DNA of 49,724 nucleotides. Source: Octopus bimaculoides (lineage: Eukaryota). Under the pieces are notes generated by a model. That model was not told the origin of the DNA and did not search any database. It saw nothing but the letters and a program-made list of their open reading frames with translations. Every line of letters begins with the position of its first letter. Within the stretch, counting starts at the first letter, position 1. A program made the translations under genes and the position numbers. The stretch is from contig NC_069001.1 of the NCBI RefSeq assembly GCF_001194135.2, forward strand, positions 884,306 through 934,029, read 5' to 3'. This document shows, in pieces, positions 25,961 through 39,103 of the stretch.

Positions 25961-26204
25961 TCCAATAGGCAGATATATGGAACCTATTGAAAGCCTCTGC
26001 TTTATACCAACCACAAAATCCTGACAAAAAGCAGTTTGTTTTTTTGTGGATATTTCAAATTGCTTCGACCAGCACTAGTGTGGAGAACAAGAGCATATTT
26101 ATTACCCATGCATCGTATAGATAGTGGGTTTACTTTTGATAAATTTAGTGTCTATAATAATACCAACCTTTAAAACAAATAACTAGTTTCTTGTATAAAT
26201 TTCT

Positions 26205-26235
<31 letters not shown>

Positions 26236-27053
26236 CTTGGTAAACTCCTCAGTAAGCAACAACCAATAATAATTGAATGGGCTGTTTGTTGGTACTCAGA
26301 GAATAAGCTATTTATTAATCTTGCTTGCTTTATATATATACATATATACATACACACACACTATATTTGCTGCTATAAAAGGCATACTGGCATATTAGAT
26401 ACAACCCAATGTTTTTAATGCATTAAACATGTAATATAGGATCCAACTTTGCATATAGAACCTAGGATGATCTTTTTGTGACACTTTTAAGGAGAAAAAG
26501 TGTGTCTTATATGTCACTAAATATGTCGAAACCATAATGATATCTGTGGGGCAGCTGATGATGGAGATGTGTTGGATTGTGTTGGTGTGGCTGTTTTTGT
26601 ATATGTGGAATAGTATTATAACACATCCTTTTGATATATATAATGATAAAGTGGCTAGCAAACAGGCAAAATATATATTAAAAGTCAGGGTACAAAGTGT
26701 ACCGGTTTGCTAGAAAGAAGAGTTAAGACTCTCCAAAACCATGTATCTCTCACTGTATGTAAACACAGACATAGAGAATGTAGCAAATACATTTAGAAAA
26801 ATGGTCATCTCCATTTGTAAAACTACAAAGAGAAAGGTTTGCTTGGAAACAGGTGAGGGTTGGTGACTGGAAGGCCATTCAGACATAGAAAATCGGCCTC
26901 ATTAAATTCCGTTTAACCCATTCACAAACACTGAGGAAGTGGAAGTGAAATGATTGTGATGATAATATCCCTCCACCCTACAAGACATTTACACATCAAT
27001 GTTCCAATGTAAGAACTTTATTATTCAATAATTATTTTGTGTTTCCTTTTCAG

Positions 27054-27281
27054 ACCAGTCATGGTTTCTAGTCAACATTTCCAAGACACGGCTGAAGCTT
27101 CGATTAAATCGAAGCGTGTAATCCAGCCGATGAGATGGGGTCTTGTTCCTTCTTGGCACAAAGGCAACCCTAATGGCATCCCTTACCAAACCAATAACTG
27201 TAAGTCTGAGACTATGTTGGAAAAGAAGATGTTTAAGGTTCCTTTGGAAAAGGGCAGACGATGTGTTGTTCTCGCTGAAGG
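27054..27281 (+). CDS. HMCES: HMCES exon 3: (T)PVMVSSQHF...PMRWGLVPSWHKG...TNNCKSETMLEKKMFKVPLEKGRRCVVLAE(G)
   Basis: ttttcag / gtatgt; 228 nt, phase 2 to 2; hallmark MRWGLVPSW and KGRRCVVLA(D/E)G motifs of HMCES. Confidence 0.97.
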
Positions 27282-27861
27282 GTATGTCCTGTCATGTTGC
27301 TTTTCTTTTTTTTTGGTTTTTCTTTCATTTTGTCCAATCTATGCAATCTTGGAACAAAAAATGGATGTCACAATGATGACGACAATGACTGTACGGGTTT
27401 TCTTCACATTTTTGTCTCTACCCTTTCCCCACCCTGGCCAGACAAGTAATAAACAAAACCACAGAAAGAAAGGAAGAAAAGAAAACTGAAAACTATTTGG
27501 AAAAGAACAATAAACAGAGATTTGTGAGAAAAGTTTATTTTTATGGTTCAGAATAGTAAAGGGATTTTGCTGTATTTATATATGTTTATATATATATATT
27601 TGCTGTATATATATGTTTATATTTATATATATATATATATTCATACATACTTTTATACATACGTGTGTGTGAGCAATCTTTCATACATATATGCATACAT
27701 CCACACCATGTACATAAATACACACATGTATGTGCATATGTATATACACACACACACATAGCTTCTTGGGCTACATCTAGGTCAGACAAACATATTTATG
27801 TTTATTCTTCCTTTGAATAAATTTCCTTCAAGTCATTAAATTGTAACCTTCACCACCGTTA

Positions 27862-27892
<31 letters not shown>

Positions 27893-29649
27893 ATGACACC
27901 AGTGGTATCTCCCTCCACACTTTAACTATTTCTAATACATGTTAGATGTTTATTTTGTAACAATCATTTGTTTTAGTTTTTTTGCTGTTTAACACTTTGA
28001 TTGTGAAGCTCAGTGTTTTATCTGGACAGGAAAAGGCTTCATACATCTTGAGATAATGTTGAGGGGGATCACAGTGGTGGTGGTGGTGGTGGTGGTGGTA
28101 GTGGCAGTTGTTTCTATTATAAGGAGCAGAGGGCCTGAAATTTGGTGAGGGGGCTAGTCATCAATGCTGAAAGGATGAAAGGCAAAGTCGACCTTGACAG
28201 AATTTGAACTCAGAAAATGAAGATAGATACATGAAAGGCTATTTAACAGTTTGTCCATCATGCTCTCACGATCTTGTTAGGAAACGAACAACAGAATACT
28301 GAAGTCCCTACCCCAAAACAACTCAGATAAATATATCTACCCCACGCTGAAGGAGGTCGCAACCTGACACAGACAGAGAACTACCCATGAAAGAACAACA
28401 GTTAGAAAAATACTTAGAGACGAAAAGTAGAACACTTTATTGTTTATAATAACAGGGAAAAAAGCAAATGGAGTGGGGGGTTCTCTATGCAGGAAAAAAC
28501 AACAAAATACAAAACAGAAACAAACTATGCTGATATACTGATCTCGGATGACACTGTATACCCTTCCCATCCATTATAAATAGACCAGTAGCCGGTAGTC
28601 AAGAGAGGGTCAAGGGTCGAAGAGTTGAGAGTTGGCTGTTCTAGTCCGTGTCTTGTGGAGCTATCAGTGATAGTAAGACATGTTAGTGTATTCCATGTGA
28701 CCCATGCAAGCATTGGAAAGTGGACGTTAAATCAAAAATCATGACGATGACAGCAATGTTTGTATTTTGTGAATTTGTTCCTCCGCTTTTGATACCAAAC
28801 TGTCTGAGACCCCCTCTGGTTTTATGATATAAACTCACCGTTTCCAAGAGATCTAAATCAAAACCGTTCATCAAAATTTCATGTTAAATTTATGTTCCAA
28901 ACAGCAAACGAATAACAAAGGTATTTCACTTTATTACTTTCGAAGAATAAATTAAGAGTTGTTTATGTGTCTTTCAATAGAAATACGGTAACGAAAAAGG
29001 TTGAATCACTTCCTGAAAAATCTAGAAATAAAATGTCATATGAATGACACACATTGGTTTAAAACCAGGTGGACTTAGCACTTTTGTTTCTGTTGAAATA
29101 TATTGCCTGTGTTTCACTTACCTTTCAAAATAATAAAGAATTCCTTAAAGTAACTTGGTTGTTAGGAAGATGGTATTTGGAACTTAACACCAAAGTTTAC
29201 AGGGAGTTTGTATCCTAGAACCCAGAGGTAGTCTTGGGCAGGTTAGCATTCGGAATTAAGGGTTCCTTCAGTTAACCCCTGCTCTGTTGCAAACATTTAA
29301 ATTAGATCCCTTGATTTGTAGATAACTTGATTGGCTACTGTACCACTTCCAACAGTACTACCCCTCAAGACATCATCCTCATTTAATGGCCATTGTCCAT
29401 ACTGGCATGGGTTGGACAGTTTGGCAGCATCCTACAAACTAGTGTACTGTGTTGAGCTCTATTGTCTGTTTTAACATGTTTTTCTTTTCTTTTTATGGCT
29501 AGATGCCCTTCCTGAAGCCATCCAAGACAGTTTCTTTTCACTCTTTCACATATCTTCACCATCTTCAGAAGTTCTAATTATTAGTGCTGCCTTTATTTCT
29601 CTGTCTAAACCATAAAAAAACATTTTGTTCTGTTCTTTCTCTTTAAATA

Positions 29650-29940
29650 CACATTGAGAGATCACAGCAACGGGATTACAGACATGTGACTAGAATGGCA
29701 CAGGAAAGAATTACAAGATAAATTCTCCAAGCCTAGCCAACCAGCAAGAGACCTAGGGGCAGAGCAAGAACCAAACAGTTGGATAATATCCATTGTCTCC
29801 ACTGGTCACGCTTGGAAACCTAGCTGGAAAGTGTAATGAGGGTCGCTTCTGATAGGACCCTATCATAGAGGTGCTTGAGGCCTCTGACCCCACAACACTC
29901 TCAGGAATAGTGAGCAGAGAGAGATCGATGGATGGATGGA
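29650..29940 (+). mobile_element. degenerate 3' end of an Expander/Rex3-like RTE LINE with (GATG)n tail
   Basis: One frame reads HIERSQQRDYRHVTRMAQERITR*ILQA*PTSKRPRGRARTKQLDNIHCLHWSRLET*LESVMRVASDR; ends gatggatggatgga. Confidence 0.8.
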
Positions 29941-30517
29941 TAAATACAATAATAATTGTTGTCGTATAAAAAAGATTCATTGTCAAATTCACATTTAGTG
30001 TTCATTGTCCAGTTTTAACCAGATTCATTTTCTTTGTTCTATTAAATCTGGAGTTTTCACATGAAAGCAAAATATCAACAAAAAACAAAAACATTATCTT
30101 CACCTAAAATTCCCAACAGAAAACACAGAAGCAATGATTGTCCGCTTCATTAACTGGTAGAGACACAGATAAACTGAAGTTAATCTCTCTCTCTCTCTGT
30201 TTACACACACACACACATATATATGTCTCTATCACATTTGGTAAATGAGCTGGAAATGTATATTTTGTTATTTTATTTATTTATTTATCTATCTTTCCTG
30301 GCTGAACGCTGTGTTTTCTGATTCTGGATTGGACTGCTGCCATTGAACTTTTCCAAGTTTAGCACCGTTCAATTTTATTGATGCCTCTTTACACTGTTTA
30401 AATTTTGCTTTATAATCTCTCTCTCTCTCTCTATTATATATATATATATATATATATATATTCACTCATGCACATTCATATGTCTTATGTATTTTATATG
30501 TATTTCATATATGTATG

Positions 30518-30565
<48 letters not shown>

Positions 30566-30819
30566 CATTTCTTTCCACATCTCGATTCTTATATCTCCAT
30601 CAACAGACCTTTATTTCATTGTTATTCTCTTATGTCCATTCCATGTCTGCATCTGTCTCCTCTTTCTTATTATCCTCTGTACCCTCTTTGACTACCCACT
30701 TACTTAAGAACAACATACACACATGGAAATGGTTCAATAAAAATCTATATCATTGTCAGAATGAAATCTCAGATTTCAGTTCTTCCATGCGGCAAAATAA
30801 TATATTCCACTTTATGAAC

Positions 30820-31190
30820 TTCTTGTATCAGTATCTATCTGTAGTTATCTATTTATCTATCTATCTTTATTTCCTGCCCCCTGCTTTCTTTCTATCTCCC
30901 TGTCTCTATTTTTATGTATCTGTCTATCATTTTCTCTCTATATATACATATTTATATATTTCTATCTATCTGTCTGTCTGTCCATTTGTCTATCAGTCTG
31001 TCTCTTTATCTATTTCTGTTATGGTCTTTCTTTTTCTCTTTGTCTCCTTCCCTCTCTCTCTCTCTCTCTCCCTCATCTATCCTCCTGCCTATCTCTTACT
31101 ATCTTTCTCTCTTTTCCTCACTCTCTCTTCTCCCTCTGTCCCACTCTCTCTCCTTTCTCTCTCAATCACACCCACCCACACCACTTCTTT
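30820..31190 (+). repeat. (TCTA)n/(CT)n pyrimidine-rich low-complexity tract
   Basis: Direct reading. Confidence 0.85.
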
Positions 31191-31873
31191 CTCTTTTGAA
31201 CTTCAAAGCAACCAACAGTAAACGAGAAAATTTTTCACTTCATCTTGAATAAAATCAATTAAAAAAACCGTATTTCACCCTCTTTTCCCTCTCAGCCTCT
31301 ACCACCACCACCACCACCACCATCCTCTTTTATCTGATTTACATTATACCTACATTAGTTGTTCTTTCAAATATTTATATTTACACTGTTTTGCCATTAT
31401 TTTTCTTCTTTTTCTTTTTGTTTCTTTTCTTCCATTTCAAACCGTTTCTATTCCTATTTATTGGTTCCAGCTCCTGGGGGCCTTCATGTCATGTGGAAGA
31501 TGGTAATGGTGGCACTTCGTAAGATCTCCACGAAAGTATTCCTTTGAAGAAGATTTACCAAGACACAGAATTGGTGAACTTGAAGTTCACCAATTCTGTG
31601 TATTAGTGATTGAGGGGGGGGGGACCAAATACATTTTNNNNNNNNNNGATTGAGGGGGGGGGGGACCAAATACATTTTTGAGGACCCAAAAATAATTTAG
31701 TGAAAATTATGTTATTTTGGTATCTTTTTTTAAGTTGAATTACAAAGAATAAAGTGTTTTGAGTTATTGCTGGCCAGGAATTTTTAGAGGTGTTATTGTT
31801 ACTTAGTCCCTGATTCACCTTCATTAAGTGGAACCGTGATCAAAGGAATTCTCAAAAGAAGAGGAAGAAGCTT

Positions 31874-31920
<47 letters not shown>

Positions 31921-33888
31921 CCAGCTTTTCCATTCTTTGCATGAGTTTGACAGAATTGATTGAGATGTTGGGATTTCCGCAGCCGAATACACTTCCTGTT
32001 TCCAACCCCCACCTGTTTGCAAGTGAGGTAATGTGTTCTCGCACTTGGCAAGATAGGTTTTCAGGGAAGATTGGAGACAAAAGACACTCCTTCAATGACA
32101 CTCACAACTATCATGCTAGGTCAAGATGAAACACCCACACCCACACACTTACACACACACACACACATGCACACGCGACACTCCTTTTTTGACAAGGGTG
32201 ACACAGCTATTATACTATGACAAGATAAAACACGCTTTCACATACTAACACATAACACGCACTTGCCCACTTACACTCACACAGGCACATGAACAAGCAC
32301 ACACACATACATATGCATACATACATACATAATTTATATATATACACCCCTACACGATCCAACCCCACCATCTCTATACATCCCATCCCTTAGACCCCAC
32401 CCTTGCTTCCCCCACTCTCGCATCCACCACACCACCCTGCACACACTAGCACTGACAACTTCCCAGCACCCACATTACCCCCCCCCCCCNNNNNNNNNNN
32501 NNNNNNNNNNNNNNNNNNNNNNNNNNNNNNNNNNNNNNNNNNNNNNNNNNNNNNNNNNNNNNNNNNNNNNNNNNNNNNNNNNNNNNNNNNNTTATTGCAG
32601 TCCCCTACTTCACCGTCATGGACGCTTCTCTCTCTCTCTTTCTGTCTCACTATTGCAGCTAAATGTGAAATTCTTCGAGCAGGCTTGTGTCTTGTGCAAA
32701 ACCTGTGATGAGCCCAGGTGATGCTGATGATTTGGAGTCACCTCTGATGTGTGTGTGTGTGTGTGTGTATAAAAAAATATATATATAGATATATAGATGT
32801 ATATATAGATGTTTGTGTGTGTGTGTATTTTTATATAAATAGAGAGAGAGAGATACTATAAGGTCTCTATTTCTGAATTCTTCTGTGTATTGGAATGGCG
32901 TGTCTGTCTGTCTGTCTGTTAATGTTGCATCTATTGACTTCTTTGCTGATACAAACATGTCAACAGATGACTTGTAAATAATGGATGATCTGTGTGTGTT
33001 AGTATTTTAAATGTGAGCATGTGTGTGTATATATATATGTGTGTGTGTGTTTGTCTGTGTCAGTGTGCTTGCGTGGGTGCAGTAGTGCATGTGTGTGAAA
33101 ACACTGAAACCTGAGAAGATGGAAAGGTCATTGCTAATATGTTTTGGATTATTAGTTTCCTGTGTGTTGTGTGTGTGTGTGTTCAGCACTTTGACTAAGC
33201 TGTCTGTGTCCTTGGTTTCATGTAACACACATTTGTCAGCAAGATACAGCTAAGTCAGAAACCACACATACACACACACACTGAGAAACCTACACATAGT
33301 CACACATTTATATGAAGGCATCAAGACCTGTATCACATATGTGCGTGTATGTATGCGTGTGTGCACATGCTCGTCTCTGTGTGTGAAAGTACTAAAATCA
33401 TGGAGGCCTAGAAGTTTCAGATACACCCGAGCCCCTTTTAGTTTTTTTTTTTTTTTCTAAATATTCCAGTAGTTTTGTTGTTGTTGTTTTTAAGGCCCCA
33501 AGCTGGCCGAATCGTTAGCACACCAGGTAAAATGCTTAGTGTCATTTGACCCATCTTTACTTTCTGAGTTCAGATTCTACCAAGGTCGACTTTGCCTGTC
33601 ATTCTTTCAGGATCGATTAGTCCCCCTCCCTCAAATTTCAGGCCTTGTGCCTATTCTAGAAAGAATTGTTATTGTTAGGATAGGACAACTAATTATCTAA
33701 TTGTCCTGGATATGACTTAATGACCCCACTGCTGGTTGCAGTTTTATTTCAAGATTTTCAGGGTGTTGTAGAACGCAGGTCTACCTCTCAGCCCCTATTG
33801 TTCCCAAGCCTACTCTGACCCCGGATTAGTAGCACCTTTCAGGGTCCCAGCTATGGAGTAATTAGCATATGAATGAGGTTTGCCATGA

Positions 33889-34310
33889 ATCGTCATCATT
33901 TAACGTCCGTTTTCCATGCTACAATAAGTTGGACAGATTGACAGGAATTGACCAGCTGAAAGGTTGTTCAGGATCCCTGTTTTTTTTTTTTTTGCCATGG
34001 TTTCTACTGCTGGATACCCTTCCTAACACCAACCAGTTTACAGAGTGTATTGGGTGCTTATACTCGGCACCAGCACAGCTGCTTTTTACCTGGCACCAGC
34101 AATTACAAGCCCACAAGATTAGGGATGCTCAGTTGGAGGTGGTTGCAAATGATGAGCCTGTATGCAAGGGCAACCATGCTTTTACTTAGCTTGATGTATT
34201 TTTCAAGCACAGCAAACCGTCCCCTATCATCCCCTCTGTGAGTCCCAGCGTCTGTAGATCCTTTCTCACCACTTTGCCAGACCAAATCATGGGTGGTCCC
34301 TTGCCAAGGC
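33889..34310 (-). mobile_element. RTE-clade LINE 3' remnant
   Basis: Minus strand gives ...KVVRKDLQTLGLTEGM..D... and ...FAVLEK (frameshifted), followed by the standard UTR and tail. Confidence 0.75.
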
Positions 34311-36094
34311 CTAACATCCAGTAACCATCCAAGCAAGGGTTACATTGAAATCCTGGGTTGCAGTGTGGTGGATGTGAATTACTTTCAGCAGATGAATTTA
34401 TGATGAATATCACTTGATGTGGAGCAGACAACCAACTGTCAATGGCCAGGGTCAACCAGTTTTAGTTAGCAAACTACTGCTATCATTTTATTAGTTGTGG
34501 CTTGGGCAGATGAGACATTCAGCTCTCAAAAGACCAATATCATTTATTGGTCCAAGCAAGTCACTCAACTGGATGAGTTAACCAATTAACTAATTAATTG
34601 TTTGATTAATTATTTTGGAAATCCAGTCCTGGAACAGTGAGAGTCTCTGTTACATGGTTTCCTCCTCCTCCTCCTTCTCTGAACCAACATGTGATATACT
34701 CCCACTTTTGTCCAAGCCAACCTGATTAATTGCTCCCCATCCCCCTTCTTTGAGATTACAAAAGAAGGCCTTTATGTGGTTGCTTGATCTAATTGAAACA
34801 ACAGCTAACTCTCTCTCTCCTTCATTGTTCTTTTTTTTTTTTTTAATTTTTGGTTTGAAAAGGTAAGATTAGATGCATGTCCTGGAACAAAAAATGATTT
34901 GATCATGTCTGGAACAATGTTTCTCATAGATCTTTTTTGTTTGGGCCTAAAGCATTGATTTCTCTGAGACATGTAGTTATTCAATCTGCTAGAAGAATCA
35001 CAACCCTCACTGTTCTAACCCTTTAGCATTCAGATTGCTCTGTGAAATGTAAAGCTTACATTTCCACATTGTTCTCCATTAACAATTACGCATTACCTCG
35101 AGGCTACAAGATTTCAATGATCTGATTGCTTATTTTTTAGAATTACATTCAAAGTAATTTTCATTTAAGCATTCCACTCAGAAAGTCCTCAAGGGCACAA
35201 TTTACTCATCACCATCCCACATGGTGGCTCAACCAGCTAGAAATAGTAGCCAAGTCTTGCTAAAATCTCACCTTACCAATATTTCAGGAAAAGACATGAT
35301 GTTGAATAATGTGATTTTAGGTTCCCTACACATAGGAGATAAGACTGGATGGTCACGGCCTTGATCATACACAGATATGTTTCAACAATGCTGACCAGGG
35401 GCTAAACAAGGACAACAGGATTTTCAAAAGTTCAAGATGAACATCAACTGCATTGGGTTCCATGGAAAGGAAGGGCTCACAAAAGGTCACGGCCACTTTC
35501 CGCCCCCACTTTTATTTTATTCTACTGCTTGAAGAAATGTTCTCTTTATCACTTTGACATTTTGCTAGAATTTTCTGCATAATGTCACCATAGAAACCTA
35601 TTGATGATGATGATAATTTCAAACGGCAACTGAAGAAAATAGAATTAATTTTCTTTTGTAATTCTAGTTAAATGTTGTTAATGACAAAACTAATTTGAAT
35701 GTTAATAAATTAAAAAAAAAGAAAAATGGTAAATTAGATTCTGTTGTAATAAGTGGTGGCAGCAGTTATTAACTAATTATCCCCTCTTTTTGTTTTTTCA
35801 AGCCCCGTGACCAATACCTATACTTATCTTGTCTTTTGCTCTTCTGAATAATAAAGGGTTTTAATGACAACAATGATGATGATGATGATGATGATGACCC
35901 TTTGTTCTATAGGCACAAGGCCTGAAATCTGGTCGAGAGGAAGCTGGTCATTTACAACTTCGTGTATTGACCCCTGAAAAAACAAAATGTAAAGTCAACG
36001 TTGGTGAAATTCGAACTCAGAACTCAAAGACAGATGAAATGCCACTAAGCATTTTGTCTGGCATGCTAATGATTCTGCTAGTATGCCACCTTAA

Positions 36095-36365
36095 TAGTAT
36101 AAGGCCAGGGGTCGCACCAGGCTCCATTGTCTGTTGTGGCATAATTTCTACGGCTGGATGCCCTTCCTATCACCAACCACTCCACAGTGTGTACAAGGTG
36201 CTTTTTATGTGGCACCTGCACCAGTATTAGTTCTGCTGTGGTAGTCAGGTCTTCCTGAGTTCAGCAATGTGTGCCAGATATCTCAGCCCTTTTTAAGGCT
36301 CAGTGTCTTGAGATCAGCCTTCAATACTTTGTCCCATCCCTTCCTGGGTTTCCACAAATTCCATA
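36095..36365 (-). mobile_element. RTE-clade LINE 3' remnant
   Basis: Minus strand gives KPRKGWDKVLKADLKTLSL..., plus aggaagggcatcc tail motif. Confidence 0.65.
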
Positions 36366-36684
36366 ATATATATAGATATAGATTACCCCTTCACAAGAAT
36401 GGTGTTAACAGTGGCTTCAACCTTTAGGCTTGCTTAACCTTCATCGAGCGGTCAGTTGTTGAAGGCTAAGCAGGCAGATACTTCAAAGTCACTGTCAACA
36501 CTATTCTTGTTAAGAAATGATAAATATGTATTATAAAAAAAACATATTGAGTAATTTTAAAGTAAAATTGTTTTTATTATAACTTGACATGAAAACAAAA
36601 TTAATATATATATATATATATATATATATAATGTGTGTGTGTGCATGTTTGTATACATTCATATTACAAATATATATATAACAC

Positions 36685-36730
<46 letters not shown>

Positions 36731-38906
36731 TAATATGCATCCATAAATACATACAAACCCATTAATACTTAACTTAAATGGCATTTTTTTTTTTCCTGCA
36801 GAATAACCTTTCACCTATTTCTTCACTTCCCTCCTCCTCCTCCTCCTCTCACTTTATTCCTCATATTGAGTCTCTATAAAATAGTTGTTTCTTCTAATAG
36901 CAATGTTAGTAGTGGTGGTGGTGGTGGTAGAGATGGTGACATTGGTGGTGGTGATGGCAGCAGCAGCAGCAGTGGTGGTGGTGTGTAATTCAGGGAACGA
37001 AGGTATAAAAAACCCCAGTAACCAGATGATAATAGTTATAAAATGCTGTTACTGATAAAGCTATAAATATTTACATTGCAATCTTACTCACACTGTAGCA
37101 ACGTAATCTCCACTGAACACCCTGCCCCAGCCCCCTTTTTTTTTTCTGCTTTTCAGGGACCACAAATTGATTATATACAGTTTGTTAGAGAATGATACAG
37201 TTTCATGTTCTCTCTCTCCCCTACCTGCATTCCAGTAACACATCGAACACAATCCATTTGAAATATAATGATGTTCGTGTAAATAATCCTGCATCTTATT
37301 TTTATTTATTTTCTTTTTTTTTTTTTTTGTAACAAGGGACATTGAAATTATATACTGAAGTGTTGAAATGTGTGCACGCACACACATAGTTGCACGCACA
37401 CACAAACACATATTCACACATAAACAAAGATACACACAAACACAAACACCCACACATATGCAGGCAGACTCCACTTACCTATTCCAGCTGCATTGCACCC
37501 CCAAAAGTTTTGCTCTAATGAGGAATTCCACAATATGAAATGGTATTCTTCCTTAGACTTCCATTTAACATGAAAATCATTGGGAAATAGCACCCATATT
37601 TTGGAATTTTTGTTTTAACTTAGCAAGCCAGCAAAATGAGAACAATAAAATATGTACCAAACATAAACTGTGATCAATTTCATTGCCTAAACTCTTCGAG
37701 GGATTGTTCTTCATGGAAGTATATTTCCAAACAGGATCTATCTCTGTAGAATGGCAGCTGCTAGTCTTTTATTGCCCAGTACCCCCCACCAAAAAGGAAT
37801 GTTCTCATCACCACCACCTCCCCACCCTCCAGAGTCTCTCATTTCAAGATGAAAGTGAATTTATTCAAGATTTGTGCAACAAATTTAGTTAAGCGAATTG
37901 TTGAATGATTTGCGAGAAACAAAAACTGTGTGGTAGGGTGGGTTCTGGTGTGGCTGTGTGGTAAGACGGTTGCTATCCAACCACATGGTTCTGAGTTCAA
38001 CCTGTTGTATGGTACCTTGGGCCAGTGTCTTCTGTTGTAACCCCTGACAAAAGTTGGATGTCGGCCCACCTCAATCGGCCTCTGGTTCTTATGAGACAAA
38101 TTTCCCATTTAAAAATGAACAAAGTAAATTAAAGCTTTATATCAAAATATCAATTTATGTTTCAAGCATCAGATTAATCACGGTAAAGTTTATTTTATCA
38201 AATTCTTTTCTTATTTTCAAAATTCATTGAAACAAAGTCAGTCTATTTCAACACAAATCTCGCAGCAGAAAAGGGCTGAGAATTGAATAAAATGTCATTT
38301 CTAGAAAGTGAAAGGAATTTAAAATAGTTGTATTTTCTTCCAGTTTAAATAATTTAATTATAAATTGTTAACATATGGCATGTACAATTTATGAAAACTC
38401 TTTAACATCTGTTGAAAAAAATGGTTTTTATTTAAAAAAAATAATGCTATTTTGATTTTCACAAATTCTTGCTTTTTCAGCATTTCTCATAATTATTTGA
38501 AAGAAATATCATCCTTCAAGCCTTCTTTGACTGACTTTTAGAACATTCTTCTGAAATATCATTGTCATCAATCCTTGGACATTACAGTCCCAGGTCTGTG
38601 GACTTATGGGGCTGGTAACATCATTTTCATAGTGTGTAAACAATTGAGACCACAACATTCCCCCTGGATGGTATGCCAGTCCATTGCAGGATTACGCATA
38701 TACAAGCGTTTGGAAAATGAAGTGTTTTGCTCAAGAATACAATGCACCACCTGGTTCAGGAATTGAAACTGTGATCTTGTAATCACCAGTACAACACTCT
38801 AACCACTTGGCCATCTGCAGTCATTCTTCTTTAGTATGGACAACAATCAAATGTTTATCTAACTATTTATCTGCCTATTATTCATATATTTGTGTTGTTG
38901 TTTCAG

Positions 38907-39103
38907 ATACTATGAATGGAAGAAGAGTGGCCAAACAAAACAGCCCTACTTCATCACACAACAAATACATGATGTGAAACCCAATATAAAAACGGAAGTG
39001 GAGGATGTGAAAAAGGAAGATGTCTCCATGATTAAAACTGAAGTTAAGACTGAAATTAAAACTGAAGATGATGCAAAGAAAGAAACGAAAGAAAGTGTTT
39101 CTG
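38907..39103 (+). CDS. HMCES: HMCES exon 4: (G)YYEWKKSGQTKQPYFI...IKTEVKTEIKTE...KESVS(G)
   Basis: tttcag / gtaaag; 197 nt, phase 2 to 1; GYYEW (catalytic Glu127-equivalent) and KQPYFI motifs. Confidence 0.95.
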
